DNA of 64,000 bases from an uncultured Ferrovum sp. (GTDB lineage Bacteria > Pseudomonadota > Gammaproteobacteria > Burkholderiales > Ferrovaceae): assembly GCA_903863375.1 (NCBI GenBank), contig CAIPBT010000149.1:4766-68765 (forward strand), in the 5' to 3' direction. How positions within the stretch are numbered: the first letter of the stretch is position 1; each line of letters starts with the position of its first letter. The position numbers were made by a program, and so were the translations under genes. The notes under the pieces were generated by a model. The model saw only the letters and a program-made list of their open reading frames with translations. It was not told the origin of the DNA and searched no databases. Shown here piece after piece: positions 45,305 through 57,789 of the stretch.

Positions 45305-48121
45305 ATGAGTCCCGAACGTCCCAACCCGGATCAGCTGCTGCGCCGTCTGCAGCATGAGGAACAGCGCGCGGCGCGTGGCCGGCTGAAGATTTTTCTCGGC
45401 GCCTGTGCCGGCGTCGGCAAGACCTGCGCGATGCTGCAGGGGGCTCGGCGGGCCCGCGATGAGGGCCGGGATGTCCTGGTCGGCGTGCTGGAAACCCATG
45501 GCCGCCTCACCACGGCGGAGTTTGGCGAGGGCCTGCCGCAATTGCCGCGGCAGGTTTTCGAGACCAAGGCACGGCGGCTGGCGGAATTCGATCTGGACGC
45601 GGCCCTGGCCCGGCATCCCGGCCTGATCCTGATCGACGAGTATGCCCACAGCAACCCGACAGGCAGCCGCCATCCGAAACGCTGGCAGGATGTCGAGGAA
45701 CTGCTGGCGGCGGGTATCGACGTCTGGACAACCGTCAACATCCAGCACGTCGAAAGCCTGAATGAGGTGGTGGCTGGCATCACTGGGGTGCGCGTTCGCG
45801 AAACCGTGCCGGATGGCGCCTTCGACCGCGCTGATGAGGTCGTGCTGGTGGATCTGCCACCCGACGAGCTGCTGCAACGCCTGCGCGAGGGCAAGATCTA
45901 CCTGCCAGGGCAGGCGGAGCGTGCTGCCAGTCATTTTTTTCGCAAGGGCAACCTGCTGGCCTTGCGCGAGCTCGCGCTGCGGCGCACCGCCGATCGGGTC
46001 GATGGCGAGGTGCGTCAGTATCGTCGCGACCAGGCCATCACCACCGTCTGGCATACCGGCGATGCCCTGCTGGTCTGCGTCGGTGCGCGCACCGGGGCCG
46101 AGGCCGTGGTGCGATCGGCGGCGCGTCTCGCCGATCAGCTGGCCGTGCGCTGGCATGCGGTGTATGTCGAGACGCCGCAGCGCCAGCAGATGGCTGCGGC
46201 CGGACGGGCCCGGGTGCTGGCGGTGCTGGAATTGGCGGCGAGCCTTGGGGCACATACGGTGACGCTGGCGGCGGCCGACGTCGCGGGTACCTTGGTGGGG
46301 TACGCACGCGAGCACAATCTGGGGCGCCTGGTGTTGGGGCCCCCCGAGGGGTGGCGTTGGCCGTGGCAGCAGGCGCTGCTGACCGCCTTGTCCCAACGGG
46401 CGCCAGAGCTCGAGATCACCCAGGTGGGCAGCCCGCCGGTTGGGGGGGCGACATCGGCAGACCGGCGACTGGATCCGGACTGGACGGTACGGCGCTGGGC
46501 GGCCCCGGCCCGCGACTGGCTGGGCAGCGTCGTGGCAGTGGCCATCAGCACCGGCCTGGCCGCCTTGCTGTATCCGGCATTCGATCTGGCGAATATCGTG
46601 ATGGTGTTCCTGCTGGCGGTGGTGGTAGTCGCGACCCGGTCAGGACAAGGACCGGCAGTGCTGTCTGCCTTCCTGGCGGTGGCCTCCTTTGATTTCTTCT
46701 TCGTGCCGCCGCGGTTTTCCTTTGCCGTCAGCGACGCCCAATACCTGCTGACCTTTGCCGTGATGCTGGCGGTGGCCCTGGTGCTGGGTCAGCTGATGGC
46801 CAGCCTGCGCTTTCAGTTGCGAGTGGCGGGTCTGCGCGAAGGCCGCATGCGTGCCCTCTATCAGTTGGCAGAGGGGCTTGCCGGCGCCCTGCAAGTCGAC
46901 CAAGTTGCCGTGCTGAGCGCGGAATTTGCGCATACCAGCCTGCACATGCAGGCAGCGTTGCTGCCGTTGCAGATGGACGGTCAGCTTGGCCCTCCGGCGA
47001 CGGGCAGTACCCTGACGACCAATGCCGTCGACAGCGGCGTGGCGCGCTGGGTGCTGGATCATGGTCAGCCAGCCGGGCAGGGCACCGATACCCTGCCTGG
47101 CGGACCGGTGCTCTATATGCCCCTGCGCGCGCCGATGCGCGTGCGCGGCGTGCTGGCGCTGCAGCCGCTGCGGCCTGGGCGGCTGATGCCGCCGGAACAG
47201 TGGCGCTTGCTGGAGACCGGGGCCCGACTGGCCGCGATCAGCCTGGAACGGGTGCATTTTGTTGAAGTAGCAACCCAGGCCGACCAGCAGATGAGCGCCG
47301 AGCGCCTGCGCAATGCGCTGCTGGCGGCGGTGTCGCACGACCTGCGCACGCCGCTGACGGCGATGGCCGGCCTGGCCGACTCGCTGTGTCGCACGGTGCC
47401 GCCCTTGTTGCCCCAGCATGCTGCCGTGGCGCAGGACCTGCGTGACCAGGCCTTCCGCATCAATGCCCTGGTTGACAAGCTGCTGGACATGGCGCGCCTG
47501 GAGCGGGGGCAGGTGCAGATCACCCGGGATTGGCAGGTGCTCGAGGAGCTGGTGGGCAGTACCCTGCGCGGCCTGCAGTCGGGTCTGGCGGACCGTCCGG
47601 TGCACCTCGACCTGCCTGACACCCTGCCGCTGCTGGAGCTCGACGGGGTGCTGATCGAGCTGGTGCTGCATAACCTGCTGGAAAACGTTGTCAAGTACAC
47701 GCCTGACGGCAGCCCGGTGGAAATCGCGGCCGTGCCTCTGGCGTCCACCGTGGAAATTCGCGTGCGTGACCATGGGCCGGGTGTGCCGGCCGACCTGCGC
47801 GAGCGGGTGTTCGAGAAGTTTGTGCGTGGCAGTCACGAATCGAGTGTCTCGGGGGTTGGCCTGGGACTGGCGATCTGCCAGGCCGTCATGCAGGCACATG
47901 GGGGAAGCATCTGGGTTGAGGAAACCCCCGGCGGCGGGGCCACTTTCGTCCTGCGGCTGCCGCGCTCGACGCCGCCAGATCTGCCACCAGATCTGCCACC
48001 AGATCTGCCACCAGATCTGCCACCAGATCTGGCAGGGCAACTGCTGCCGGATCTACCGCCAGACCTGGCAGGGCGACTGTTGCCGGATCCACCGCCAGAT
48101 CGATCGGGGAACGCAGCATGA
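45305..48121 (+). CDS. kdpD: Sensor histidine kinase KdpD with a repetitive C-terminal tail
   Basis: N-terminal KdpD/Usp domains (LKIFLGACAGVGKT), four TM segments, a GAF-like domain, H-box AAVSHDLRTPL and a HATPase domain (GVGLGLAICQ). After the catalytic domain there is a tail of about 55 aa, PPDLPPDLPPDL... Confidence 0.9.
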   Translation: MSPERPNPDQLLRRLQHEEQRAARGRLKIFLGACAGVGKTCAMLQGARRARDEGRDVLVGVLETHGRLTTAEFGEGLPQLPRQVFETKARRLAEFDLDAALARHPGLILIDEYAHSNPTGSRHPKRWQDVEELLAAGIDVWTTVNIQHVESLNEVVAGITGVRVRETVPDGAFDRADEVVLVDLPPDELLQRLREGKIYLPGQAERAASHFFRKGNLLALRELALRRTADRVDGEVRQYRRDQAITTVWHTGDALLVCVGARTGAEAVVRSAARLADQLAVRWHAVYVETPQRQQMAAAGRARVLAVLELAASLGAHTVTLAAADVAGTLVGYAREHNLGRLVLGPPEGWRWPWQQALLTALSQRAPELEITQVGSPPVGGATSADRRLDPDWTVRRWAAPARDWLGSVVAVAISTGLAALLYPAFDLANIVMVFLLAVVVVATRSGQGPAVLSAFLAVASFDFFFVPPRFSFAVSDAQYLLTFAVMLAVALVLGQLMASLRFQLRVAGLREGRMRALYQLAEGLAGALQVDQVAVLSAEFAHTSLHMQAALLPLQMDGQLGPPATGSTLTTNAVDSGVARWVLDHGQPAGQGTDTLPGGPVLYMPLRAPMRVRGVLALQPLRPGRLMPPEQWRLLETGARLAAISLERVHFVEVATQADQQMSAERLRNALLAAVSHDLRTPLTAMAGLADSLCRTVPPLLPQHAAVAQDLRDQAFRINALVDKLLDMARLERGQVQITRDWQVLEELVGSTLRGLQSGLADRPVHLDLPDTLPLLELDGVLIELVLHNLLENVVKYTPDGSPVEIAAVPLASTVEIRVRDHGPGVPADLRERVFEKFVRGSHESSVSGVGLGLAICQAVMQAHGGSIWVEETPGGGATFVLRLPRSTPPDLPPDLPPDLPPDLPPDLAGQLLPDLPPDLAGRLLPDPPPDRSGNAA
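47972..48102 (+). repeat. Five 12-bp units (ccRccagatctg), then two 36-bp units, at the kdpD 3' end
   Basis: Read directly from the sequence. The 12-bp units are at 47972, 47984, 47996, 48008 and 48020. The 36-bp units are 48023-48058 and 48059-48094. Each unit contains the palindrome CAGATCTG. All lengths are multiples of 3. Confidence 0.9.
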
Positions 48122-48810
48122 GCACCTCAGCGGCGCGCATCCTGGTGGTGGAGGATGATCCGGCCATCCAGCGCTTCCTGGGCTTGGTGCTGGAACAGGA
48201 GGGGTTTCGGGTGGAATCGGCCCTGACGCAGGCGCGCGGCCTGATCCAGGCCGCCAACCTGCGTCCCGACCTGCTGGTGGTGGATCTGGGCTTGCCTGAT
48301 GGCGATGGCCTTCACCTGATCCAGCAGTTGCGTGCCTGGTCCGCGATCCCGGTGATCGTGCTGTCGGCCCGCACGCGCGAGCAGGAAAAGGTCGCCGCGC
48401 TGGATGCTGGGGCCGATGACTTTCTCGAAAAACCTTTCGGGACCGGCGAACTGCTGGCCCGGGTGCGGGCGCAGTTACGACGCGCGAACCTGGCCAGCCT
48501 GGATGGCGAATCCCTGCAATCCTTCGGACAGGTCAGGGTCAATCTTGCGCTGCGCCAGGTGTGGGTGGCGGGCACCGAGGTGCATCTCACGCCAATCGAA
48601 TACCGATTGCTGACCACCTTCCTGCAGCACACCGGCAAGGTGCTGACCCACCGCCAGCTGTTGCAGCTGGTGTGGGGGCCGGGACACGCGGAACGCACGC
48701 ACTACTTGCGCGTTTACATGCAAGGACTGCGGCGCAAGCTGGAACCGGACCCGGCCCGCCCGGCGCACTTTCTGACCGAGACCGGCGTCGGTTATCGCTT
48801 CAAGCTCTGA
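48118..48810 (+). CDS. kdpE: OmpR-family response regulator KdpE
   Basis: ATGA overlap with kdpD. ILVVEDD...DLGLPDGDG receiver domain and a winged-helix C-terminus (LTPIEYRLL...GVGYRF). Confidence 0.9.
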   Translation: MSTSAARILVVEDDPAIQRFLGLVLEQEGFRVESALTQARGLIQAANLRPDLLVVDLGLPDGDGLHLIQQLRAWSAIPVIVLSARTREQEKVAALDAGADDFLEKPFGTGELLARVRAQLRRANLASLDGESLQSFGQVRVNLALRQVWVAGTEVHLTPIEYRLLTTFLQHTGKVLTHRQLLQLVWGPGHAERTHYLRVYMQGLRRKLEPDPARPAHFLTETGVGYRFKL

Positions 48811-50546
48811 AACGCCGTCAGGACGCCCGCCACTGTGCCGGTCGGGCCGGTGGCACTGCCATCTGCCTGCAGCAGGGGATGGCCGCCCAGCACTCGTCCG
48901 ATCTGCTCGCGCTGCCCGGCGTCCGGGGCAGTGGTAGCAACCACCACCACCAGGCCAGCATCGGCCAGCAGCCGTGCGGCTTCGGCGACCCGACGCAATC
49001 CCTCGCTGCGCTGTGCACCCTCCTCAGCCAACCCGCTGCAGAGTCCATCGTGCAGGGCCTCCCCATCCAGCAGCATGGTGCGCAGGTCCTGGTCTTGCAG
49101 GGCCTGTTCTACACCCTCGGCCAGGACGCGGCGCGCGGTCCCGGCGGGGGCCTCCAGCCAGAGCACGGCGGCACGCTGCCCCAGGGCGCGGGCCCGGATG
49201 GCCGGCGTGATCTGCCCGGTGACCGCAGCCGAATCGCCCTGTTCTCCATGCTGGACCATGCCGGCTGCCACGGTGCCGTTGGTCAGACGGTCGATCAGGA
49301 TGAAGCCACCAGTATCCCGGTTCACGGCATAGGGATCGAAAGCCACCGGACGGTCGGTGGTCAGCTCACAGACGGCAATTTCGTTCAGTCCCAGCTGATC
49401 GGCAGGGACCTGTTCATGGCGGTCGATATCGAGTCGATATCGGATGTGGGTTACCTGGGCGGGCACCGTGCGGGTGCCCAGCTTCATCAGATAGCTACGA
49501 CCGGGCGTCAGGGGCTGATCGGTCATCCACACTAGGGTGGTGACAAAGCGCGTTGCCACTTGGGCGGGTGCATCCGCCAGGCACAGCAGGTCACCGCGGG
49601 AAATGTCGATCTCGTCAGCCAGGGTCAGGGTGATGGCCTGTTGCGCCACCGCGCGGGACAGGTCACCGTCGTGCGTCACGATCCGCGTGACGGTGCTGGA
49701 GCGGCCCGAGGGCAGCACGGTGACCCGGCTGCCCGGCGTGATCTGTCCGCCGACCACCGTGCCGGTGAAGCCACGGAAGTCCAGGTTGGGCCGGTTCACC
49801 CATTGCACCGGCAGGCGGAAAGGTCCGGCCTGGGCGCGCGTTTCGTCGAGTTCCACGGTTTCCAACCAGGGCATCAGGCTCGGCCCGCCGTACCACGGCG
49901 TGTTGCCCTGCGCCTCGATCACGTTGTCGCCCTTCACGGCCGACAGCGGAATGGCAACCACGTCCTGCAGGCCGATCTGGGCGGCAAACTGGCGATAGTC
50001 GGCCTCGATGGCGCGGAAGCGGCTTTCCGAGTAATCGACCAGATCCATCTTGTTGATCGCCAGCACCACATGACGGATGCCGAGCAGCGCCACCAGGGTG
50101 CTGTGGCGGCGTGTCTGCGTGAGCATGCCCTTGCGGGCATCGATCAGGATGATCGCCAGATCGGCGGTCGACGCGCCGGTCACCATGTTGCGCGTGTATT
50201 GCTCGTGGCCTGGCGTGTCGGCCACGATGAACTTGCGCCGGTCGGTCGAGAAGAATCGGTACGCCACATCAATGGTGATGCCCTGTTCGCGTTCGGCGGC
50301 AAGGCCGTCCAGCAGCAGGGCGTAGTCTAGTTCCTCGCCACGCGTGCCGACTTTGCGCGAGTCGCTCTCCAGCGAGGCGAGCTGGTCTTCGAACAGCATC
50401 TGCGATTCGTAGAGCAGGCGTCCGATCAGCGAGCTCTTGCCGTCGTCGACGCTGCCGCAGGTTATGAAGCGCAACAAGCTCTTGTTCTGGTGGGCCAGCA
50501 GGTAGGCCTCGATGTCCTGGGCGATCAGGTCTGACTGGTGTGCCAT
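48792..50546 (-). CDS. cysN: Sulfate adenylyltransferase subunit 1 (GTPase) with degenerate C-terminal APS-kinase-like domain
   Basis: [22 protein letters not shown] and NKMD G-motifs. The C-terminal 141 aa resemble CysC but lack the P-loop. The 3' end overlaps kdpE by 19 nt (convergent). Confidence 0.9.
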   Translation of the reverse strand: [584 protein letters not shown]

Positions 50547-51514
50547 CAGAAATAGCCCTCCTGCTTTTTCTTTTCCATCGAGGCGGCCTGGTCATGGTCG
50601 ATCAGACGGCCCTGGCGCTCGGAACTGCGTGCCAGCAACATTTCGCGGATGATCGCCGGCAACGTGTCGGCGTCGGATTCGATGGCACCCGTGAGGGGAT
50701 AGCAGCCGAGCGTACGGAAGCGCACCTTTTTCAGCATCGGAGTTTCGCCTTCGCGCAAGGGCATGCGGTCATCGTCGACCATCACCAGGGTGCCCTCGCG
50801 CTCCACCACCGGGCGCTCGGCGGCCAAGTAGAGCGGCACGATGGGGATGTTTTCCAGGTAGATGTATTGCCAGATGTCGAGTTCGGTCCAGTTCGACAGG
50901 GGAAAGACGCGGATCGACTCCCCCTTCTGCTTGCGGGCGTTGTAGCAGCGCCAGAGTTCCGGGCGCTGGTTTTTCGGGTCCCAGGTGTGCTGGGCGGTGC
51001 GGAACGAAAAGATGCGTTCCTTGGAGCGCGACTTTTCTTCGTCGCGTCGCGCACCACCGAAGGCGGCGTCGAAGCCGTACTTGTCGAGCGCCTGTTTCAG
51101 GCCCTGCGTTTTCCACATGTCGGTGTGCACCGAGCTGCCATGGGTGAACGGGTTGATGCCTAGCGCCTCGGCTTCCGGGTTGCGGTGTACCAGCAGCTCC
51201 ATGCCCAGTTCCTGTGCCATCCGGGCGCGCATCTCGTACATGGCACGGAATTTCCAGGTGGTGTCGACATGCAGCAGGGGAAAAGGGGGCGGGGCTGGAT
51301 AAAAGGCCTTCCGCGCCAGATGCAGCATGACAGCGCTGTCCTTGCCGATCGAATACAACATCACCGGTCGCTCCGCTTCGGCCACCACCTCCCGCAGGAT
51401 GTGGATGCCTTCGGCTTCCAGCCGTTGCAGGTGGGTGAGCGTCCTGCGCGACAGGCCACCCGGCGGGGTGCTGTCGGCGACAGGCGAGGAGGAGGGCGGA
51501 GCAGTCTGCGGCAT
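50546..51514 (-). CDS. cysD: Sulfate adenylyltransferase subunit 2
   Basis: [18 protein letters not shown]...[20 protein letters not shown]...[11 protein letters not shown] at 51514 was chosen. The stop shares 1 nt with the cysN ATG. Confidence 0.9.
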
Positions 51515-51613
51515 CAGAGTCCAGGACTGGCATGTCAGGTTAATCTTCCATTTTAGCCTGTCCACAGGCCCTAAGGTATATTCCGGGACTTTACCGACCG
51601 GAACTGTCCTGAC

Positions 51614-52855
51614 ATGTCAGAGACCGCATTGATCATTGGGGGTGGCCATGTGGCTGCCGAGTTGGCCACCAGCCTGCGCGACCAGGGCTGGGCTGGACCG
51701 ATCGAGGTGTACAGCGCTGATACCCGCTTGCCGTACCACCGGCCGCCGCTGTCGAAGGCCTATATGGCAGGAGCGGTATCCGCCGACAGCCTCGCGATCA
51801 AGCCTGCTGCAGCGTATGAAAAAGCGCAGGTGCAGTTTCATCTGGGGCGCAGGGTGCGCGCCATCGACGTGCATCAGCGCACGGTAACGCTGGACGACGG
51901 CGCGCAGGTTGCTTACGCCAGCCTGGCACTCGCCACCGGTGCCCGGCCGCGACGCCTGGACGTGCCTGGCAGACTGGAGGCGGCGCAGGCTTCCAATCAT
52001 CACGTCCTGCGTGCGCTGGACGATGCGGAAGTGATCCGCGCCCAGTGCGTGCCCGGGGCGCGCCTGGTGATCATCGGCGCCGGTTACATCGGGCTGGAAC
52101 TCGCGGCCAGCGCCGTGGCACTCGGTGCGCAGGTGACCGTGATCGAGGTACAGGAGCGGGTGCTGGCAAGGGTGACCGGGCCGGAAGTGTCGGCTTTTTA
52201 TGCCGCCGCCCATCGCGCTGCCGGCGTCGACCTGCGGCTCGCCACGGGCGTGTCCGCCCTGACCTGCGCGGACGGCCGGGTCAGTGCCGTGCAGTGCAGT
52301 GACGGCAAGGCAGTGCCGTGCGACCTGGTCGTGGAAGGTATCGGGGTGGAACCGTGCGTGGAATTGGCAGCAGCCGCCGGACTCGCGCTGGACAACGGTA
52401 TCGCAGTGGATGGGGCGTGCCGGACGTCAGCGGCAGGGGTGGTGGCAGCGGGCGACTGTACCAGCCAGCCCAGTGTCCTGTACGGCCGGCGCATCCGCCT
52501 TGAATCGGTGCCCAATGCGCTGGAACAGGCAAGGACGGCGGCGGCCACGCTCGCCGGCAGAGAGCGCAGCAATACCCAGGCACCGTGGTTCTGGTCCGAT
52601 CAGTTCGATCTGAAACTGAAGTCGGTCGGGCTGCTGCAGGGCTACGACCAGTGCGTACTGCGTGGGGATCCGGCCTCACGGGCCTTCTGCGCGTTTTACC
52701 TGCGGGAAGGCCGCCTGCTGGCGGTCGACACCATCAACCGCTCGCCGGAATTCCTGGCAGCCAAGCGCATCGTGGCCGAACAGCTGCCGGTCACGGCGGC
52801 ACAGCTGGCCGATGAATCGCTGGCCCTGAAAGATCTGCTGCCGCCGGCGGCCTGA
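51614..52855 (+). CDS. FAD/NAD(P)-dependent ferredoxin (rubredoxin/putidaredoxin-type) reductase
   Basis: [37 protein letters not shown] and FWSDQ motifs of the class. Confidence 0.8.
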   Translation: MSETALIIGGGHVAAELATSLRDQGWAGPIEVYSADTRLPYHRPPLSKAYMAGAVSADSLAIKPAAAYEKAQVQFHLGRRVRAIDVHQRTVTLDDGAQVAYASLALATGARPRRLDVPGRLEAAQASNHHVLRALDDAEVIRAQCVPGARLVIIGAGYIGLELAASAVALGAQVTVIEVQERVLARVTGPEVSAFYAAAHRAAGVDLRLATGVSALTCADGRVSAVQCSDGKAVPCDLVVEGIGVEPCVELAAAAGLALDNGIAVDGACRTSAAGVVAAGDCTSQPSVLYGRRIRLESVPNALEQARTAAATLAGRERSNTQAPWFWSDQFDLKLKSVGLLQGYDQCVLRGDPASRAFCAFYLREGRLLAVDTINRSPEFLAAKRIVAEQLPVTAAQLADESLALKDLLPPAA

Positions 52856-53028
52856 GCCGCTGCAGGATCCGGTCAACCCAGCCGGTTTTCGCGGCCACGC
52901 CCGGGCCCGTGCCGGCCGCCGCCGGACGCATCGCTGTCTGCTGAGGTATTCTTTAGGGCTGCGACATCTTGACGGCCCATTCATGGCTGGGCGAGGCGCA
53001 GTCTTCGAACCCACAAGGAGAAGGACAC

Positions 53029-55698
<2,670 letters not shown>

Positions 55699-55720
55699 TC
55701 GCAGCCTTGTGGTTCCCCCC

Positions 55721-55764
55721 CGGCGGGTCGTCAGCGGCAGCACCAGGCCGCTGACGACCCGCCG
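55721..55764 (+). terminator. Perfect 18-bp-stem hairpin downstream of aceE
   Basis: cggcgggtcgtcagcggc-agcaccag-gccgctgacgacccgccg, followed by ctgctttgg. The U-tract is weak. Confidence 0.55.
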
Positions 55765-55803
55765 CTGCTTTGGCACCTTGCCTCGTTGTCTTATTGTTCA
55801 GGA

Positions 55804-57789
55804 ATGTCTGCTGTGGCCAAAAATACATACCAGGAATCCTCGATCCGGGTCCTGAAGGGGCTTGAGCCGGTCAAGGAACGTCCGGGCATGTATACCCGGA
55901 CCTCCGATCCCACCCACATCATCCAGGAAGTGATCGACAACAGCGCCGACGAGGCGCTGGCCGGGTTTGCCAAGACCATAGACGTCACCTTGCACGCCGA
56001 TGGGTCGGTCACGGTGCAGGATGATGGCCGGGGCATTCCGGTCGGCATGCATCCGGAGGAAGGCGAACCGACTGTGCAGCTGGTGTTCACCCGCCTGCAT
56101 GCCGGGGGCAAGTTCGACAAGACCTCTGGTGCCGGCGCCTACGCGTTCTCCGGTGGCCTGCATGGTGTGGGCGTGTCGGTCACCAACGCCCTGTCGACCC
56201 GACTGGAAGTCGAGGTCAAGCGCGATGGCTCGCTGCATCGGGTGGTGTTTGCAGGCGGGGATGTGATCGAGCCGCTCGCGGTGGTCGGCACGGTCGGCCA
56301 GCGCAATACCGGTACCCGGGTGCGCGCCTGGCCCGACGCCAAATATTTCGATGCGCCGGCGGTTTCGCTGCCCGAACTGGAGCGCACCCTGCGTGCCAAG
56401 GCAGTGCTGCTGCCCGGCGTGACGGTCACCCTGCACGTCGAAAAAAACGGCATGGTGAACAGCCAGACCTGGAATTATCCGGATGGATTGTCGCAGTATC
56501 TGCGCGAGCTGGCCGGCGACAGCGAACCGGCCGTTCCGGTGTTTGCCGGGGAGCGGTTCCATGGCAAGCCGGCGGATGGCGATCCCTTTGCCGAAGGCGA
56601 AGGGGCGGCCTGGGCCTTCTGCTGGTACGAAGAGGGCGGCAATGGTGGCGAAAGCTACGTCAACCTGATTCCGACCGCGGCCGGTGGCACCCACGAGGCC
56701 GGACTGCGCAGCGGCGTCTTTGAGGCAATCAAGATTTTCGTCGAACATCATGGCCTGCTGCCGCGCGGGGTGCGCCTGCAGATGGAGGATGTCGCAGCAC
56801 GCCTGCAATATGTGCTGTCGGCTCGCATCCTCGACCCACAGTTCCAGGGCCAGACCAAGGAAAAACTGACCAGCCGCGATGCCCTCAAGCTGGTGGCAGG
56901 CGTGGTGCGCGACCCCTTCGAGGTGTGGCTCAACAATCATGTCGAGTGCGGCAAGAAGATCGCCGAGCTGGCCATCCGTCAGGCCATGGCGCGGATGAAA
57001 TCCGCCCAGAAGGTGGAAAAACGCAAGGGCAGCGGTGTCGCGGTCTTGCCCGGCAAGCTCACCGACTGCGAGTCGGACGATGTGACCCGCCGGGAACTGT
57101 TCCTGGTCGAGGGCGACTCGGCCGGCGGATCGGCCAAGCTGGCGCGCGACAAGAACACACAGGCGATCCTGCCGCTGCGTGGCAAGGTGCTGAATACCTT
57201 TGAAGTGGACCGCGACCGCCTGTTTGCCAACAACGAGGTGCACGACATTGCCGTTGCCCTGGGCGTCGATCCGCACGGCCGCGACGATACGCCGGATCTG
57301 ACCGGCCTGCGCTACGGCCGCATCATCATCATGAGCGATGCCGATGTGGACGGCAGCCATATCAAGGTGCTGTTGCTGACGCTGTTTTTTGTGCACTTTC
57401 CGCAACTGGTGGCGCAGGGACATATCTGTGTGGCAAGCCCGCCCCTGTACCGGATCGATGTGTCTGCGCAGGGCAAGCGGCCGGCCCGCAAATTTTATGC
57501 CCTCGACGAGGGCGAGCTGATCGCCGTACAGGACCGCCTGACCAAGGAGGGCATCAAGCCGGGTGCTGTCGCCGTCGGCCGCTTCAAGGGGCTGGGCGAG
57601 ATGAACCCGGAGCAGCTGTGGGACACCACCATGAACCCGGAGACACGGCGCGTCTTGCCGGTTCACGTGGCGGATGATGCCCGTGCCGAGGCCTGGTCGG
57701 TGTTCACCCGGCTGATGGGCAAGGGTGAAGCGTCCAGCCGGCGCGAGTGGATGGAGCGCAGTGGTGGGGACGTGGAGGTGGATGTATGA
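55804..57789 (+). CDS. parE: DNA topoisomerase IV subunit B
   Basis: [44 protein letters not shown] and [12 protein letters not shown]. There is no GyrB-type insertion. Confidence 0.88.
   Translation: MSAVAKNTYQESSIRVLKGLEPVKERPGMYTRTSDPTHIIQEVIDNSADEALAGFAKTIDVTLHADGSVTVQDDGRGIPVGMHPEEGEPTVQLVFTRLHAGGKFDKTSGAGAYAFSGGLHGVGVSVTNALSTRLEVEVKRDGSLHRVVFAGGDVIEPLAVVGTVGQRNTGTRVRAWPDAKYFDAPAVSLPELERTLRAKAVLLPGVTVTLHVEKNGMVNSQTWNYPDGLSQYLRELAGDSEPAVPVFAGERFHGKPADGDPFAEGEGAAWAFCWYEEGGNGGESYVNLIPTAAGGTHEAGLRSGVFEAIKIFVEHHGLLPRGVRLQMEDVAARLQYVLSARILDPQFQGQTKEKLTSRDALKLVAGVVRDPFEVWLNNHVECGKKIAELAIRQAMARMKSAQKVEKRKGSGVAVLPGKLTDCESDDVTRRELFLVEGDSAGGSAKLARDKNTQAILPLRGKVLNTFEVDRDRLFANNEVHDIAVALGVDPHGRDDTPDLTGLRYGRIIIMSDADVDGSHIKVLLLTLFFVHFPQLVAQGHICVASPPLYRIDVSAQGKRPARKFYALDEGELIAVQDRLTKEGIKPGAVAVGRFKGLGEMNPEQLWDTTMNPETRRVLPVHVADDARAEAWSVFTRLMGKGEASSRREWMERSGGDVEVDV

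Noticed and set aside
47972-48102. Possible CRISPR-like array, because of regularly spaced palindromic repeats
   Set aside because: The units are contiguous 12-bp and 36-bp tandem repeats with no unique spacers. They lie inside the kdpD reading frame, and no cas genes are present.
55771-55785. TGGCAC motif suggesting a sigma54 promoter for parE
   Set aside because: There is no TTGC element at the required N5 spacing (TGGCAC-cttgc-ctcgt).
55798-57666. 622-aa minus-strand ORF. Similar long antisense ORFs occur at 19543..20985, 21331..22947, 25872..27413, 27447..28721, 35392..36525, 37563..38855, 40682..41893, 42645..44057, 45095..46396, 46640..48040 and 58014..59165.
   Set aside because: Each is the mirror frame of a gene with clear family motifs (parE, nasA, nirB, phnM, phnD, kdpA/B/D, parC). 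They arise from stop-codon paucity in GC-rich DNA.
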